64,000 bases of DNA from Macrostomum hystrix (taxonomy: Eukaryota > Animalia > Platyhelminthes), in the NCBI GenBank assembly GCA_950097015.1, contig CATNEN010000001.1, forward strand, positions 496,001-560,000, written 5' to 3'. Positions 1 to 33,417 of this stretch are shown here, piece by piece. The position numbers and the translations under genes are program-made. The notes under the pieces were generated by a model that made no database searches, was not told where the DNA came from, and saw only the letters and a program-made list of their open reading frames with translations. The number at the start of each line of letters is the position of its first letter. Positions within the stretch are counted from its first letter, which is position 1.

Positions 1-74
1 TTATACAAGTAAAATAGAAAATAATTGATTGCACATGCCCCATTTACACAGCCGCGCGGCGCGTCTGAATGTGT

Positions 75-266
75 CAGTCCATGGACTGGGGGGACACCAC
101 CACCCTCAATTACCCCAGCTAATGCTGGAACCCATTTAACAGCTGGGTGAACTGAAGTAATGCATTGTTAAGTGTCTTGCTAAAGGACACAAATTGTTCC
201 AGTGGAGTCGGGAATCGAACCCCCGACCTTTAAGTCGTGAGTCCGACGCTTTTACCGCCAGGCTCT
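75..266 (-). mobile_element. tRNA-derived SINE
   Basis: Minus strand reads TAGCCTGGCGGTAAAAGCG (A box) ... GGGGTTCGATTCCC (B box), then GTGTCCTTTAGCAAGACACTTAAC and a CAGTCCATGGACTG palindrome. A second copy lies at ~27180-27340 and a fragment at ~6715. Confidence 0.8.
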
Positions 267-289
267 ACAATCTCCTATTATTTTTTCAG

Positions 290-19329
<19,040 letters not shown>

Positions 19330-19386
19330 TAAACTGGTGAGTTATGTATTTTTTTTCCTTTAGGAGTCACTTTAGCTGTCACTTTA

Positions 19387-20062
19387 GAGTGACTGTCTAT
19401 GGGAGTGACTGTCAATGGGAGTGACTGTCTATGGGAGTGACTGTCTATGGGCGTGACTGTCTATGGGAGTGACTGTCTATGGGAGTGACTGTCTATGGGC
19501 GTGACTGTCTATGGGCGTGACTGTCTATGGGAGTGACTGTCTATGGGAGTGACTGTCTATGGGAGTGACTGTCTATGGGCGTGACTGTCTATGGGCGTGA
19601 CTGTCTATGGGAGTGACTGTCTATGGGAGTGACTGTCAATGGGAGTGACTGTCTATGGGAGTGACTGTCTATGGGAGTGACTGTCTATGAGTGTGACTGT
19701 CTATGGGCGTGACTGTCTATGGGAGTGACTGTCTATGGGAGTGACTGTCTATGGGCGTGACTGTCTATGGGCGTGACTGTCTATAGGAGTGACTGTCTAT
19801 GGGAGTGACTGTCTATGAGAGTGACTGTCTATGGGCGTGACTGTCTATGGGAGTGACTGTCTATGGGAGTGACTGTCTATGAGAGTGACTGTCTATGGGC
19901 GTGACTGTCTATAGGAGTGACTGTCTATGGGAGTGACTGTCTATGAGAGTGACTGTCTATGGGCGTGACTGTCTATGGGAATGACTGTCTATGGGAGTGA
20001 CTGTCTATGAGAGTGACTGTCTATGGGAGTGACTGTCTATGGGAGTGACTGTCTATGTGAGT
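19387..20062. repeat. 16-bp minisatellite (GTGACTGTCTATGGGA)
   Basis: Period of 16. Confidence 0.95.
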
Positions 20063-21934
20063 GATTGTCAACTTAATCTGCAGTTCTATAAGTCAGCTTT
20101 GAATGTAGTTACTCATAATTCATTCCAGATTTCTCCGCACCTGTCCCGCAATCGTGTTCATATTGGCTGGCTTAAATTCAACACCTCGGCTGCAAGGACT
20201 ATATGTAGTGAATTATTTTAAGTAGCCAATTCCATTTGAAAGATAAGACAAGAATCAGAGTCTTAACGAACTTCCTTATTATGTATAATTGAGTAATAAA
20301 TGAAATGCAAGCTTTTCTGTCACATACTACTTATAATCAAATATACGAGTACTTATTGTGCTTATTCTATTCAAGTGTCGATAAAACAAGCAAAGCACTA
20401 AAAGTATGGTATAATTGCAATAATATTTATATGAACTGATAATTTAAATTTTATTGCTTCTAACAACACCATTTTTCGCAATTTTCCTCTGTCTCTTGAA
20501 TATAAACTTCTGCTGCTATTTAAACCACGTTAATGACCGAATTTGTTTAATATCCTCTGTTTTACTGACGCGTTGCTCACAATGTTTAATAATGCAATTT
20601 TTTATTTTACTGCGTGTTTTAATTTAGTATTTATTTAGCTATCAGGCTGACACAAATTCCATAAAAACACTTTATCGAATTTATTTGAATTATTTTATTT
20701 TCCTGAAGACACAAGTAAATTAGCGTCAACTTCTATATGATGCGGGATTTAGGAAATTTCGATACATATCGGTTTTTCTAGAAATTTCAATACAGATCGG
20801 GATTATGGATGTGATAATGATACGTATCGTAGTTTTTAAGAGTTCCAATTTATGTGGTTAAAATTTTCAATTTTAATAGTGGACTTTTCTGTGAAACTTT
20901 TAAGCTTTCTGTGAAATTCATCTCCCCGCTTGTCATGATTTATGACCACCTCCACAGCCCCGCACGATGCTACTGTACCATTTATCTATGTGCAACATTC
21001 CTGTTTATTCATTGTGCATTGCAGAAGCTTTTTAATTATTGATAATAAAAATTTTGTTCTCTAACAAAAGGTTGTCTAGCTACCCTATCGATTCACTACG
21101 AAGTTGTATTGTGTTTTGTGTTTTATTTGTCTTGCTAACCATGCAGAATAGATTTTATGCCCTGAATAACATTTTAAAATCAGTTTTTTTATTCTTTTCA
21201 ATTTGGATGCGTGCGCGTCCCATTTCTTTTTTTCTCGATGCGCGGCACAAATTTTTCAAATAAAACTCCAAACAGACGCTGACTAGTAAGCAAATCAATA
21301 GTAGTTCATTTATAACAGTTTTTATCTAGACTTTTCTGCCCGCTAAAAAGATGAGTCCTTTAAAATATTTGTCTATTTTATTATAGTCTGCTCAATGCTA
21401 TGTCCGATCGACCTTTCTGTTCAAGAACTTGGAACACGTGGACTGTTTCATGTAAAATTATTGTCGTAAACTTTTATTCTTAAATATTAAATAAGCATAG
21501 CTATATACTTACATTCATATTAAAAATGTGATAATAGTTAAAGCAGCCCTCATCATTAATCTTTTGTTTTATTTTATCCGTCTTATCGATTATATCATTT
21601 TGTCATTTATCCCCATATTAAAGTTACTAATAAAAAACATGTGAACTAAGTGTATAATAAAAATGAAAATTCATTTGTTAATTTTTAATCAGTCTAATGC
21701 AACAAACCACATCCTTATGGCTTTGCAATATACGCTCTATAAATATATGCATACATATTATATATCAAAACATTTATATTCTATGATAAAATTGAACTAA
21801 ACTTCAGTCAATTCTATGTGTCTCCAGCTGATTGAGGCTAAAATCGGTTAAACTAATTCTGTTTACACATTTGAACATAAAATCTTGTTGAAGGCGTCCA
21901 ATTTTGATGTCTGTAATTACTTCCTTTTATACAT

Positions 21935-22706
21935 AATTCTTATCAATACAAAATCCCAATCTTCCCTAGATTCTTATCAATACAAAATCCCAATCTTCCC
22001 TCGATTCTTATCAATACAAAAGCCCAATCTTCCCTCCATACTTATCAATATAAAAGCCCAATCTTCCCTCGATTCTTATCAATACAAAATCCCAATCTTC
22101 CCTAGATTCTTATCAATACAAAATCCCAATATTCCCTAGATTCTTATCAATATAAAATCCCAATCTTCCCTCGATTCCTATCAATACAAAATCCCAATCT
22201 TCCCTAGATTCTTATCAATACAAAATCCCAATATTCCCTAGATTCTTATCAATACAAAATCCCAATCTTCCCTAGATTCTTATCAATACAAAATCCCAAT
22301 CTTCCCTCAATTCTTATCAATGCAAAATCCCAATCTTCCCTCGATTCTTATCAATACAAAATCCCAATCTTCCCTCGATTCTTATCAATACAAAATCCCA
22401 ACTTCCCTAGATTCTAATCAATACAAAATCCCAATATTCCTTAGATTTTTATCAATACAAAATCCCAACTTCCCTCGATTCTTATCAATACAAAATCCCA
22501 ATCTTCCCTCAATTCTTATCAATACAAAATCCCAACTTCCCTAGATTCTAATCAATACAAAATCCCAATCTTCCTTAGATTTTTATCAATACAAAATCCC
22601 AACTTCCCTCGATTCTTATCAATACAAAATCCCAATCTTCCCTCGATTCTTATCAATACAAAATCCCAATCAATTATCCCTACGATTTCAATCGACACAA
22701 AATCCC
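21935..22706. repeat. 34-bp minisatellite (GATTCTTATCAATACAAAATCCCAATCTTCCCTC)
   Basis: Period of 34. Confidence 0.93.
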
Positions 22707-23182
22707 ACATATAGAAGCTTAACCGAGCAGCCGTAAGCTTTTTAAAAGCTAAAATAGCTAACACAGTTTTTTCGCTTCACAGTCGACAAGCAGCAAGCAA
22801 GCACGTTATCCTTTTTAACCAGTTTGACAAGTCTAGCCTGACTGCGCATCTGTTTTAAAAATTTCAGTTCGCAAATTTCTTTGTAAAGTCATAAGGGATC
22901 GGAATGTAATAGCACATTTAACTATGCAAGCTAGGTCCAATGAAGGGGAAATAGGAACAGGAAAGGAATACCACGCAATACTCGTTGTGCCTCGAATGCG
23001 TTTTAACAACTGTTCTACGGGAAACCTGAGAAAGACATGTTCTAAGAAACAGCATGTACTTGTTGCTCGTTAGTCCCATTAGGCCTAATTTTTATGTGGT
23101 AACTGCAAGCCATTTACTATGACCGAATGCAAGCACTTAAATAGGCTTGAAATAGATGGGCTAAAAGGGAGATCGGGGATCG

Positions 23183-25405
23183 GGGAGACTAGATGGATGG
23201 GAGAATGAAGAGACTAGATTATTGGGATCGGGGAGACTAGATGGATGGGAGAATGGCGAGATTAGATGGGTGGGATAATTGGGAGACTAGATGGATGGGA
23301 GAATGGAGAGACTAGATGGACAGGAGAATGGAGAGACTAGATAGATGGAAGAATGGAGAGACTAGATGGATAGGATAATTGGGAGACTACATGGATGGGA
23401 TAATTGGAGACTAGATGGATGGGAGAATGGCGAGATTAGATGAGTGGGAGAATGAAGAGACTAGATGGATGGGAGAATGGAGAGATTAGATGGGTGGGAG
23501 AATGGAGAGGCTAGATGGATGGGAGAATAAAGAGACTAGATGGATGGAAAAATGGAGAGACTAGATGGATGGGAGAATGGCGAGATTAGATGGGTGGGAT
23601 AATTGGGAGACTAGATGGATGGGAGAATGGAGAGACTAGATGGACAGGAGAATGGAGAGACTAGATAGATGGAAGAATGGAGAGTCTAGATGGACAGGAG
23701 AATGGAGAGACTAGATGGATGGGAGAATGGAGAGACTAGATGGATGGGAGAATGGAGAGACTAGATAGATGGAAGAATGGAGAGACTAGATGGATAGGAT
23801 AATTGGGAGACTACATGGATGGGATAATTGGAGACTAGATGGATGGGAGAATGGCGAGATTAGATGAGTGGGAGAATGAAGAGACTAGATGGATGGGAGA
23901 ATGGAGAGATTAGATGGGTGGGAGAATGGAGAGGCTAGATGGATGGGAGAATGAAGAGACTAGATGGATGGAAAAATGGAGAGACTAGATGGATGGGAGA
24001 ATGGCGAGATTAGATGGGTGGGATAATTGGGAGAATAGATGGATGGGAGAATGGCGAGATTAGATGGGTGGGATAATTGGGAGACTAGATGGATGGGAGA
24101 ATGGAGAGACTAGATGGACAGGAGAATGGAGAGACTAGATAGATGGAAGAATGGAGAGTCTAGATGGACAGGAGAATGGAGAGACTAGATGGATGGGAGA
24201 ATGGAGAGACTAGATGGATGGGAGAATGGAGAGACTAGATAGATGGGAGAATTGGGAGACTAGATGGATGGGAGAATGGAGAGACTAGATAGATGGGATA
24301 ATTAGGAGACTAGATGGATGGGAGAATGAAGAGACTAGATGGATGGGAGAATGGAGAGACTAGATGGATGGGAGAATGGAGAGACTAGATGGATGGGAGA
24401 ATGGAGAGACTAGATGGATGGTATAATTAGGAGACTAGATGGATGGGAGAATTGGGAGACTAGATGGATGGGAGAATGGAGAGACTAGATGGATGGGAGA
24501 ATGGAGAGACTAGATGGATGGGAGAATGGAGAGACTAGATGGATGGGAGAATGGAGAGACTAGATGGATGGGAGAATGGAGAGACTAGATGGATGGGAGA
24601 ATGGAGAGACTAGATGGATGGGAGAATGGAGAGATTAGATGGGTGGGAGAATGGAGAGACTAGATGGATGGGAGAATGAAGAGACTAGATGGATGGAAGA
24701 ATGGAGAGACTAGATGGATGGGAGAATGGAGAGACTAGATGGATGGGAGAATGGAAAGACTAGATGGATGGGAGAATGGAGAGACTAGATGGATGGGAGA
24801 ATGGAGAGACTAGATGGATGGGAGAATGGAGAGACTAGATGGATGGGAGAATGGAGAGATTAGATGGATGGGAGAATGGAGAGACTAGATAGATGGGAGA
24901 ATGGAGAGACTAGATGGATGGGAGAATGGAGAGACTAGATGGATGGGAGAATGGAGAGACTAGATGGATGGGAGAATGGAGAGACTAGATGGATGGGAGA
25001 ATGGAGAGACTTGATGGATGGAAGAATGGAGAGACTAGATGGATGGGAGAATGGAAAGACTAGATGGATGGGAGAATGGAGAGACTAGATGGATGGGAGA
25101 ATGGAGAGACTAGATGGATGGGAGAATGGAGAGACTAGATGGATGGGAGAATGGAGAGATTAGATGGATGGGAGAATGGAGAGACTAGATAGATGGGAGA
25201 ATGGAGAGACTAGATGGATGGGAGAATGGAGAGACTAGATGGATGGGAGAATGGAGAGACTAGATGGATGGGAGAATGGAGAGACTAGATGGATGGGAGA
25301 ATGAAGAGACTAGATGGATGGGAGAATGGAGAGACTAGATGGATGGGAGAATGGAGAGACTAGATGGATGGGAGAATGGAGAGACTAGATGGATGGGAGA
25401 ATGGG
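23183..25405. repeat. 25-bp minisatellite (GAGACTAGATGGATGGGAGAATGGA)
   Basis: Period of 25. Confidence 0.95.
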
Positions 25406-26813
25406 AATGGTAACATAGAATCCAAACATAAGGATAACCATAGGTATTAGCTAAAAGTTCATTTTCTGTCATTCCCTACACCTTTTGCGGAGGCAACTTT
25501 AATCTCCATAGTTGTGTTCCAACACGCAGCCAATCTGTCATGCCGCCGCATTCGCCCGGCTCAAATTAGTAGATTTCTCTCTGACAGAATGTGTATAGCA
25601 CTCTAGTTAGTCCTCATTAGTAGCCTGTCTCACTGATCCGCGAACAAGAAAGAAAAGTCAAAAGAAGAAGCTAGAAAGTGAAAAAGAGAAGATATTCAAG
25701 TTCTGTTCGTCCCACTCAGCTGGATTCTAAATTGCTGCAGCAATTCTTCATCAACAGAAGCTCTGCTAAAAATATTGATTAAGATAATGGTGAGACACAC
25801 AGGATGATCTGACATACTGACGCACAGGATGAGACAGAGAGAGACACACAGGGTGAGACAGAGTGAGACACACAGGGTGAGACACACAGGATGAGAAAAT
25901 ATGAAAACATCGCTAAGATTGACAAGCAATGGGGCTATTTTTAATGCACAGTGAAGTCAGAATGGCATATGTTGCATACAGGCAGTTTAGTATGCAAAGG
26001 TTCAGAAAAGAATGAATGATATATTATATGTTTATCCATACAGAGTAACATTTCAGTGGCAAGCCTTCGAAGGCAGTGGACCATTGTGCAAACGGTATCT
26101 GATCTAAGTTCCTAGATCTAGTCTATGTATTTGGCCTTAGGGAATTCCAGTAAACACATTGGCTTACTGTTTAAACAAAAACGCAAACTACCACTCCCTA
26201 CTGCTAGCGCAAGTCCAAGATGCGCAAAAATCCCTAAACCTTAACTACAGAACCCAACCGTGTTATTTTCTATTCATAAGCTTAACAGTCTCTAACTAAC
26301 CATTATTAGCTTAAATCAACAATAACCTTAGTGCTAATTATTTAGTACATTTCTATACTTAGTAAGTTGTTTCGCGTTTATTTTTACCTAGAATTCAATT
26401 CTGACATTAAAATCTTCAGTACACTACTGATAAGTAGAAATGAGACAATTTTGACATGAACAAGCCACAAAACAAGCAAGCAGTGACTATTTAGCAGTTC
26501 CAAAAGTATAAGAAACTATTTTGCTATCATTCAAATAGATTTTGAGCAGTTATCAGCTCTATTTTTATTTTTTCAGCAGTCAAAAAATGATAATACTTTT
26601 TGTTTAATAAAGTTAAAATTAAATCGGCTAACTTAAACAAAATTGGAAAAAAATTATCGCACTGATTTTAACAAAAAATTGAAGTTACCGCAATACAATA
26701 TATAGAGGTTAACAAAATTAGACTAACTAAAGACTAAATTAGAAGACATTATTCAAGTTAATAAAATAATATAATAGTTCAATTCACGCAATTCTGTGTT
26801 TGAGAAGTGTTTT

Positions 26814-28937
26814 CTACTCGTGTTTATCGTCGGGTCGCGAATTGGCATGGAAAAACTTTCTCAAGCTATTATCCATAGCGACATGAACAGCAGAGTCTAT
26901 AGGCTTGACAATGAATGGAATGCTGCCTAAACCTATACCAGTTATTAGCCAACGACCAATGGGACTCGGTGCGGAAGATAACGCTGGAAATCTGTTGAAT
27001 CTAGCCAGGGCTAGGCCAGCGGCCCAGCATATGCGGTTAATTGTAAAACCGGGTATCACAACAGATGCCAGGCTCTGCCAGACCAGAGAATCCACGCAGG
27101 CAAATGCAACCCGAGTGTTCATGCGACGGCCCTCAGCCTGAAGTGTTGTTTTATCAATGATTCAATGAACTTGTTAAGAATCACGACTAGAAGGTCGGGG
27201 GTTCGATTACCGACTCCACTGGAGCAAATTGTGCACTTTAGCAAGACACTTAACTTTTCACTGCTTCAGTTGACTTTGTTGTTGAAGGTGGGTGTAAGTG
27301 AAATTGAGGGTGGGTGTGGCGTCCCCCAGTCCATGGACTGAACAGCTGTATGCAGCCTTCAGATGCTCCGCACAATAGCTGCAGCTGTGCTGTCGGCTGC
27401 GCATTTTGGCTTTGACAGCCCTTCATATCATCGAAATATTTAATGGTTTTTGACACATATCTGATTTTTTCCATTTCCATTGAAATGTCTGTCAAACAAT
27501 CAGTTACCTCAATGACACCATTAACTCCATAAGTGGGGTGCCAATTATAAGGGATCCTTAAGACACTAAATTTCCCTAGTAATAAATACTTTTTTCCATC
27601 TTTGTGTATACATTACCTTCATCAGGAATAAAAAACAGATAGTCTATCTTTTAGGGCAAGGACAAAATGGTTAGAATCACCTTTTTGCTGGTTGTGTATC
27701 AATGACTATTGAAGGTTAATGGGAATAATTTTTAATTAATTCTATAAAACTACATTGTATAGGTTCTATTAAGAAGCTAGGCCTATATACTTTTTAACTT
27801 AAACTAGAATATTAAAATTACCTTATACACAATTTGAGTCTTGTGTGCCGTGTCTGCAGCTACATAGCCAAATGCAACAACATAGGACAGGCGAACTAGA
27901 TTCACATGCACCTGAATTCGAAATGCTTCACCAACCTCATTGGCATAGCCTAAAATTCGAGATGCGAGATGATTTTCAAGTCAATGTTGGTTTGAAACTT
28001 TGCTTGTATATTATATTACTATAAATTGTAGGATAAATACTTAAAGAAATTATATGCTCCATTGCTTTTAATTAAATATAGATTGCAAGCAATTTTGTCG
28101 TTTTAAAAAAATTGTTAGATCTTTCACAAATAACAATTATCAGTTTTTACCCAATATGTACGAGTACATGTTCCTGTAATATGTTCTTATGTTTCTTTGA
28201 CTAAAGAAACAGTCTAACATTGACATGCAAATCTATTTTTTCCGCATTCTCTGTCTGACATGCACCCAAGATGATCCAGACTATAGTAGGGGCCTAATAA
28301 AAAGTCTGAAAAAACAATTCACCTATAATTGAGCTTAAAATAAATACTTATACTATAGTAAAACAAATAAAAAAATATATATATGTATCCCAGTGCGGTC
28401 TAGTAGGCAAACATTTTCAACATTTTCTAAATTTTTCACTGTGTCAGTTGTAAGTAAAGTCAATGTAAAATATATTTGTTGCTGTTACTTCTGCTAGCTG
28501 TTATGAAGAGTTAAATATAAAAAGTCCCTTATATAAAATGACCCTTAATCAATTTAATGTTGTGGAATGCTTACCTTACCAAAGTAGGGGCCTAACAAGA
28601 TTTTTTTAAAGAGAAAAAATATTTAAAATGCTTCTGAACTTGAACTTAAATTATGTCTACTGAGTCAAAAAACGTCATAAAATGCAGATTGATATCATTT
28701 CAAATGCAGATCATGTAAATTTCTTGCAGCCTTAAATATATAATTTGATTTATGCGCATCGAACAAAAAATAGCACAATAGAAATAAAGTTATCAATAAC
28801 AACATGAAAACGCGTTTATAGACTTATACAACATCACATTGTCTCTGCGCTATGCAGTCATTACCTAAATAGCGTACCCAGGTATCCCTGAAAACATCAG
28901 GTTCGATATTTTTATTCTTCATTTCCTCGCTTTTCAT
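26814..28937 (-). CDS. MTFP1: Mitochondrial fission process protein 1 (MTP18), 174 aa; exons 28937-28865, 27949-27822, 27137-26814
   Basis: Spliced translation contains DVFRDTWVRYL|GYANEVGEAFR...YVAADTAHK...DSLVWQSLASVVIPGFTINRIC...GLGSIPFIVKPIDSAV, the MTP18 family signature. GT-AG junctions in phases 1 and 0. Confidence 0.95.
27180..27342 (+). mobile_element. tRNA-derived SINE copy, 5'-truncated, in MTFP1 intron 2
   Basis: GGTCGGGGGTTCGATTACCGACTCCACTGG...TTTAGCAAGACACTTAAC...CAGTCCATGGACTG; homologous to 75-266. Confidence 0.8.
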
Positions 28938-29627
28938 GTTTTTAAAAGCAAGTTAAATGGTATATTTATAATGATACACAACTATAAACAATATTTCGTT
29001 ACTATACAGTAATTACCTAAAGAAAAAAAGATTTTACACAAAAGTTTCTGCACAGTACTATCGATTTTGTTGGCTGACGTATCTAGGAAAATGCTGAAAT
29101 TAAACCCCAATGCCTTTCTGGGTATAACAAACTATATAGCTGTATATATATAATTAAGAGTCTAGCATGCTCTTTATAAAAAAAAAAACAATAAATGCTT
29201 ATTTTTATATTTTTATTTCTTGCATAAATTCTACAAATTTTATTTCTTCCTATGCACATCGACATCACCGCTTCGTTCAGCTCAGCTTGTCTTTGCTTAT
29301 ATAAATAAGGCGATTGATCTAACTGACCTGGCTTTCTATATTATAATAAGACGCTAACTCACAGAACAGTTTAGCACAAAAGTATATCTTGGAACCTTTA
29401 TTGTAGACATTACGTTAGTATAATTTTCAACAGATTTTAAAGCCTTCAGCCATATATACTTGAGACACGTATGGCCATAGAACATTGATCTGTGTACACA
29501 TACACAATTAATGACGCTGTCTACGATTCCATGCATACCATGCACTCCGCTCCCTCTCTACCCCCTCTCTCGATCTCTACGGCTACATGTCTATTTTATA
29601 TGTGACACGACAGGTGGCCGGCCGAAT

Positions 29628-30365
29628 GGAACCACCTGTCTACATTGTACTGGCCAACTCTGGCCAGTAACAAGCTGCTGAGCTTCTCGTGCAAAGTGGC
29701 GTTCCTCTCAACAGCCAGGACGAAGACGGCAAGACGGCCCTGATGCTGTCGGTCCAGCACGATCATTCGGCATTGCTAAACTGCTTCTGACGAATGGAGT
29801 TGATTTGAGGCTGAGAGATCGACGCACTTTGAATCATACGACTGCCAGCATGGCTGTGACGTTGTCACTCGCGTTCAAAACGTATTTAACGACTGTAATT
29901 CTGCCTACTTTGGGTGGCCCCGAAAAGGTCAGTTTTTTGTGAATTCAAATTCATGAATAACTCTTGTTCCATTGACATCGGGTGTGCTGCCGACGTTGCT
30001 GAAACTCAAGCAACCCGTGGTGAGTACGGAGGAGCCATTGGCACTTTCAGAAGTCGAACAACGGCACTAGCGGATACATCGAGTTGAAGAGCTCTACTCT
30101 CGCAAAGAAGCCGACTTTCTGCTGTGCTACGCTAATACCGATGGTCGCCAGGCTATTAGTATAGAGATACAGCAGAGAGCGGCTCAGCCAATGTGGCTGC
30201 CGTCTGTGAAGAAATCGAATGGCAACACAGCAGCGACCACATCGAAGACATCAAGACACGGGTAAATGCCAGATTAAAGAGTACTTGAGCATTGGTTGAA
30301 GACCAGCTCAGCAACTATTAAGTGTTTGAGAAGCCATCAACTCTGTCCAAAAGATGCTACTTAGA
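29628..30365 (+). pseudogene. Degenerate ankyrin-repeat plus caspase-like fragment
   Basis: Manual translation across frameshifts and stops gives ankyrin GTTCLH.../GQ*QAAELLVQSGVPLNSQDEDGKTALMLSVQHDH/IAKLLLTNGVDLRLRD and caspase-like FNDCN/PTLGGPEKV, ADFLLCYANTDG, VAAVCEEIEWQHSSDHIEDIKTRVN, EKPSTLSKRCYL. Confidence 0.7.
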
Positions 30366-31218
30366 CGCTCTTCTGTTAGAAGTCTTTCTGAGCCGAATGG
30401 ACGAAAATAACGGCTTACGAAATCAGATCTGAGAGACTGATCAGTGCTCCTTCATATCAAGCTCGTAATTTCCACCTTTGTGAAAAGCTTTTATTGTGAT
30501 TACAATATTAATTAAAAAAAATTTGTACGGGAAAGCAACACAGCAGAAAAACTATACGCCTATGGTACCTCAAGGATGCTAGAATAACAGAGTATCACTA
30601 GAATACTAGAATTCTAGTAATGGAAAGTTATAGTTATCTTTAAAATACAAATTTAACAGTAGTGAAAATGTAATTAAACAACTTTAAACTTAATTAGCGC
30701 ATTTAAAAAGATTCGCTATCAAAACTAAACAGTCTTAAACAGCAGAGAAAAAGAAAATGACCGCATCAAGTATTAAGAATTTTAAATAGCCAGATTAGGA
30801 AAATAACTTATTCATTCTGTTTAAGACTGTTAACGACAATATTTATAAAAATAAAAATTTGATTCAGCCGATAACACTAACTTCTAGAAGCCGTTTAATA
30901 GCAGAACTGCGCCATACTGTAAGCTTGTTATAAAAAAGTTAGTGTTTAAATTCTAAGAAAATGACCCCATGGAATTCATTTCACGAAATTCCTGTCAAAA
31001 AAATCATGAAGAAAAAAATTGTGTCCATACGCTCGTATTAATTAATTAGTTTGAAGCAGGCGATTAGCAAAAGCAAACTTAACAAAAGGAGCTTAACAAC
31101 AGCGAAATAAAATAGGATTTTAGTAATCATTTGTTTCGATCCTTATAATCGGGCGTAAAAATTAGTTTAAGTTTTCCAAATAAAAAAACAATAAATCTCA
31201 CTCAACAAATCTCGTTCA

Positions 31219-32970
31219 CTAAGTGTCTCCTTTGCTGGCAGCTACCTGAGTGCCTTCGGATCCGTGGGCCAAGCCGAGCTTCATGTCGTCGTGTTGGGCG
31301 GTGAGTCCGACTCCCTTTTCACCGACACTCACAGCGATTCTAGAGTAGCTGCTGGCAGCTACCTGAGTGCCTTCGGATCCGTGGGCCAAGCCGAGCTTCA
31401 TGTCGTTATGTTGGACGGTGAGTCCGACTACTTTTTTGCCGACACTCACAGCGATGCTAGAGTCTCCTCTGCTGGCAGCTACCTGAGTGGCTTCGGATCC
31501 GTGGGCCAAGCCGAGCTTCATGTCGTGTCGGGCGGTGAGTCCGACTCCCTTTTCGCCAACACTCACAGCGATGCTAGAGTCTCCTCTGTTGGCAGCTACC
31601 TGAGTGCCTTCGGATCCGTGGGCCAAGCCGAGCTTCATTTCGTCGTGCTGGGCGGTGAGTCCGACTCCCTTTTCGCCGACACTCACAGCGATTCTAGAGT
31701 AGCTGCTGGCAGCTACCTGAGTGCCTTCGGATCCGTGGGCCAAGCCGAGCTTCATGTCGTTATGTTGGACGGTGAGTCCGACTACTTTTTTGCCGACACT
31801 CACAGCGATGCTAGAGTCTCCTCTGCTGGCAGCTACCTGAGTGGCTTCGGATCCGTGGGCCAAGCCGAGCTTCATGTCGTGTCGGGCGGTGAGTCCGACT
31901 CCCTTTTCGCCAACACTCACAGCGATGCTAGAGTCTCCTCTGTTGGCAGCTACCTGAGTGCCTTCGGATCCGTGGGCCAAGCCGAGCTTCATTTCGTCGT
32001 GTTGGGCGGTGAGTCCGACTCCCTTTTCGCCGACACTCACAGCGATTCTAGAGTAGCTGCTGGCAGCTACCTGAGTGCCTTCGGATCCGTGGGCCAAGCC
32101 GAGCTTCATGTCGTCGTGTTGGGCGGTGAGTCCGACTCCCTTTTCGCCGACACTCACAGCGATGCTAGTGTCTCCTCTGCTGGCAGCGACCTGAGTCCCT
32201 TCGGATCCGTGGGCCAAGCCGAGCTTCATGTCGTCGTGTTGGGCGGTGAGTCCGACTCCCTTTTCGCCGACACTCACAGCGATGCCAGAGTCTCCTCTGC
32301 TGGCAGCGAACTGAGTGCCTTCGGATCCGTGGGCCAAGCCGAGCTTCATGTCGTCATGTTGGACGGTGAGTCCGTCTACTTTTTTGCCGACACTCACAGC
32401 GATGCTAGAGTCTCCTCTGCTGGCAGCTACCTGAGTGGCTTCGGATCCGTGGGCCAAGCCGAGCTTCATGTCGTGTCGGGCGGTGAGTCCGACTCCCTTT
32501 TCGCCAACACTCACAGCGATGCTAGAGTCTCCTCTGCTGGCAGCTACCTGAGTGCCTTCGGATCCGTGGGCCAAGCCGAGCTTCATGTCGTGTCGGGCGG
32601 TGAGTCCGACTCCCTTTTCGCCAACACTCACAGCGATGCTAGAGTCTCCTCTGTTGGCAGCTACCTGAGTGCCTTCGGATCCGTGGGCCAAGCCGAGCTT
32701 CATGTCGTGTCGGGCGGTGAGTCCGACTCCCTTTTCGCCAACACTCACAGCGATGCTAGAGTCTCCTCTGTTGGCAGCTACCTGAGTGGCTTCGGATCCG
32801 TGGGCCAAGCCGAGCTTCATGTCGTGTCGGGCGGTGAGTCCGACTCCCTTTTCGCCAACACTCACAGCGATGCTAGAGTCTCCTCTGCTGGCAGCTACCT
32901 GAGTGCCTTCGGATCCGTGGGCCAAGCCGAGCTCCATGTCGTTGTGTTGGGCGGTGAGTTCGACTCCCTT
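31219..32970 (-). repeat. Orphan module C: ~14-15 coding-type 117/120-bp repeats (39/40 aa) ending in a stop, followed by a 3' flank copy at 30564-31218
   Basis: Same repeat as the C-terminus of the SecA-like gene; frame open throughout and all indels are multiples of 3. Confidence 0.9.
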
Positions 32971-33417
32971 GGTACCTCAAGGATGCTAGAATAACAGAGT
33001 AATACAAGAATACTAGAGTTCTAGTAATGGAAAGTTATAGTTATTTTTTAAATACAAATTTAACACTAGCGAGAATGTAATTAAACAACTTTAAACTTAA
33101 TTAGCGCATTTATAAAGACTCGCTATCAAAACTAAACAGTCTTAAACAGCAGAGAAAAAGAAAATGACCGCATGGAATTCATTTCACGAAATTCTTGTCC
33201 AAAAAAATTATGCAGAAAAAAATTGTGTCCATATACGCTCGTATAATTAGATTGAAGCAGGCGATTAGCAAAAGCAAACTTAACAAAACAAGTCTAAGAA
33301 CAGCGACATAAAATAGGAGTTTAGTAATCTTTTCTTTCGACCCTTACAATCGGGCGTAAAAAGTAGCTTAAGTTTTCCGAATCCAAAAACTAATAAATCT
33401 CAATCAACAATTCTCAT

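Noticed and set aside
195-266. tRNA gene (also at 27180 and 60490)
   Set aside because: A/B boxes run into SINE body sequence shared between copies; no complete cloverleaf was evident.
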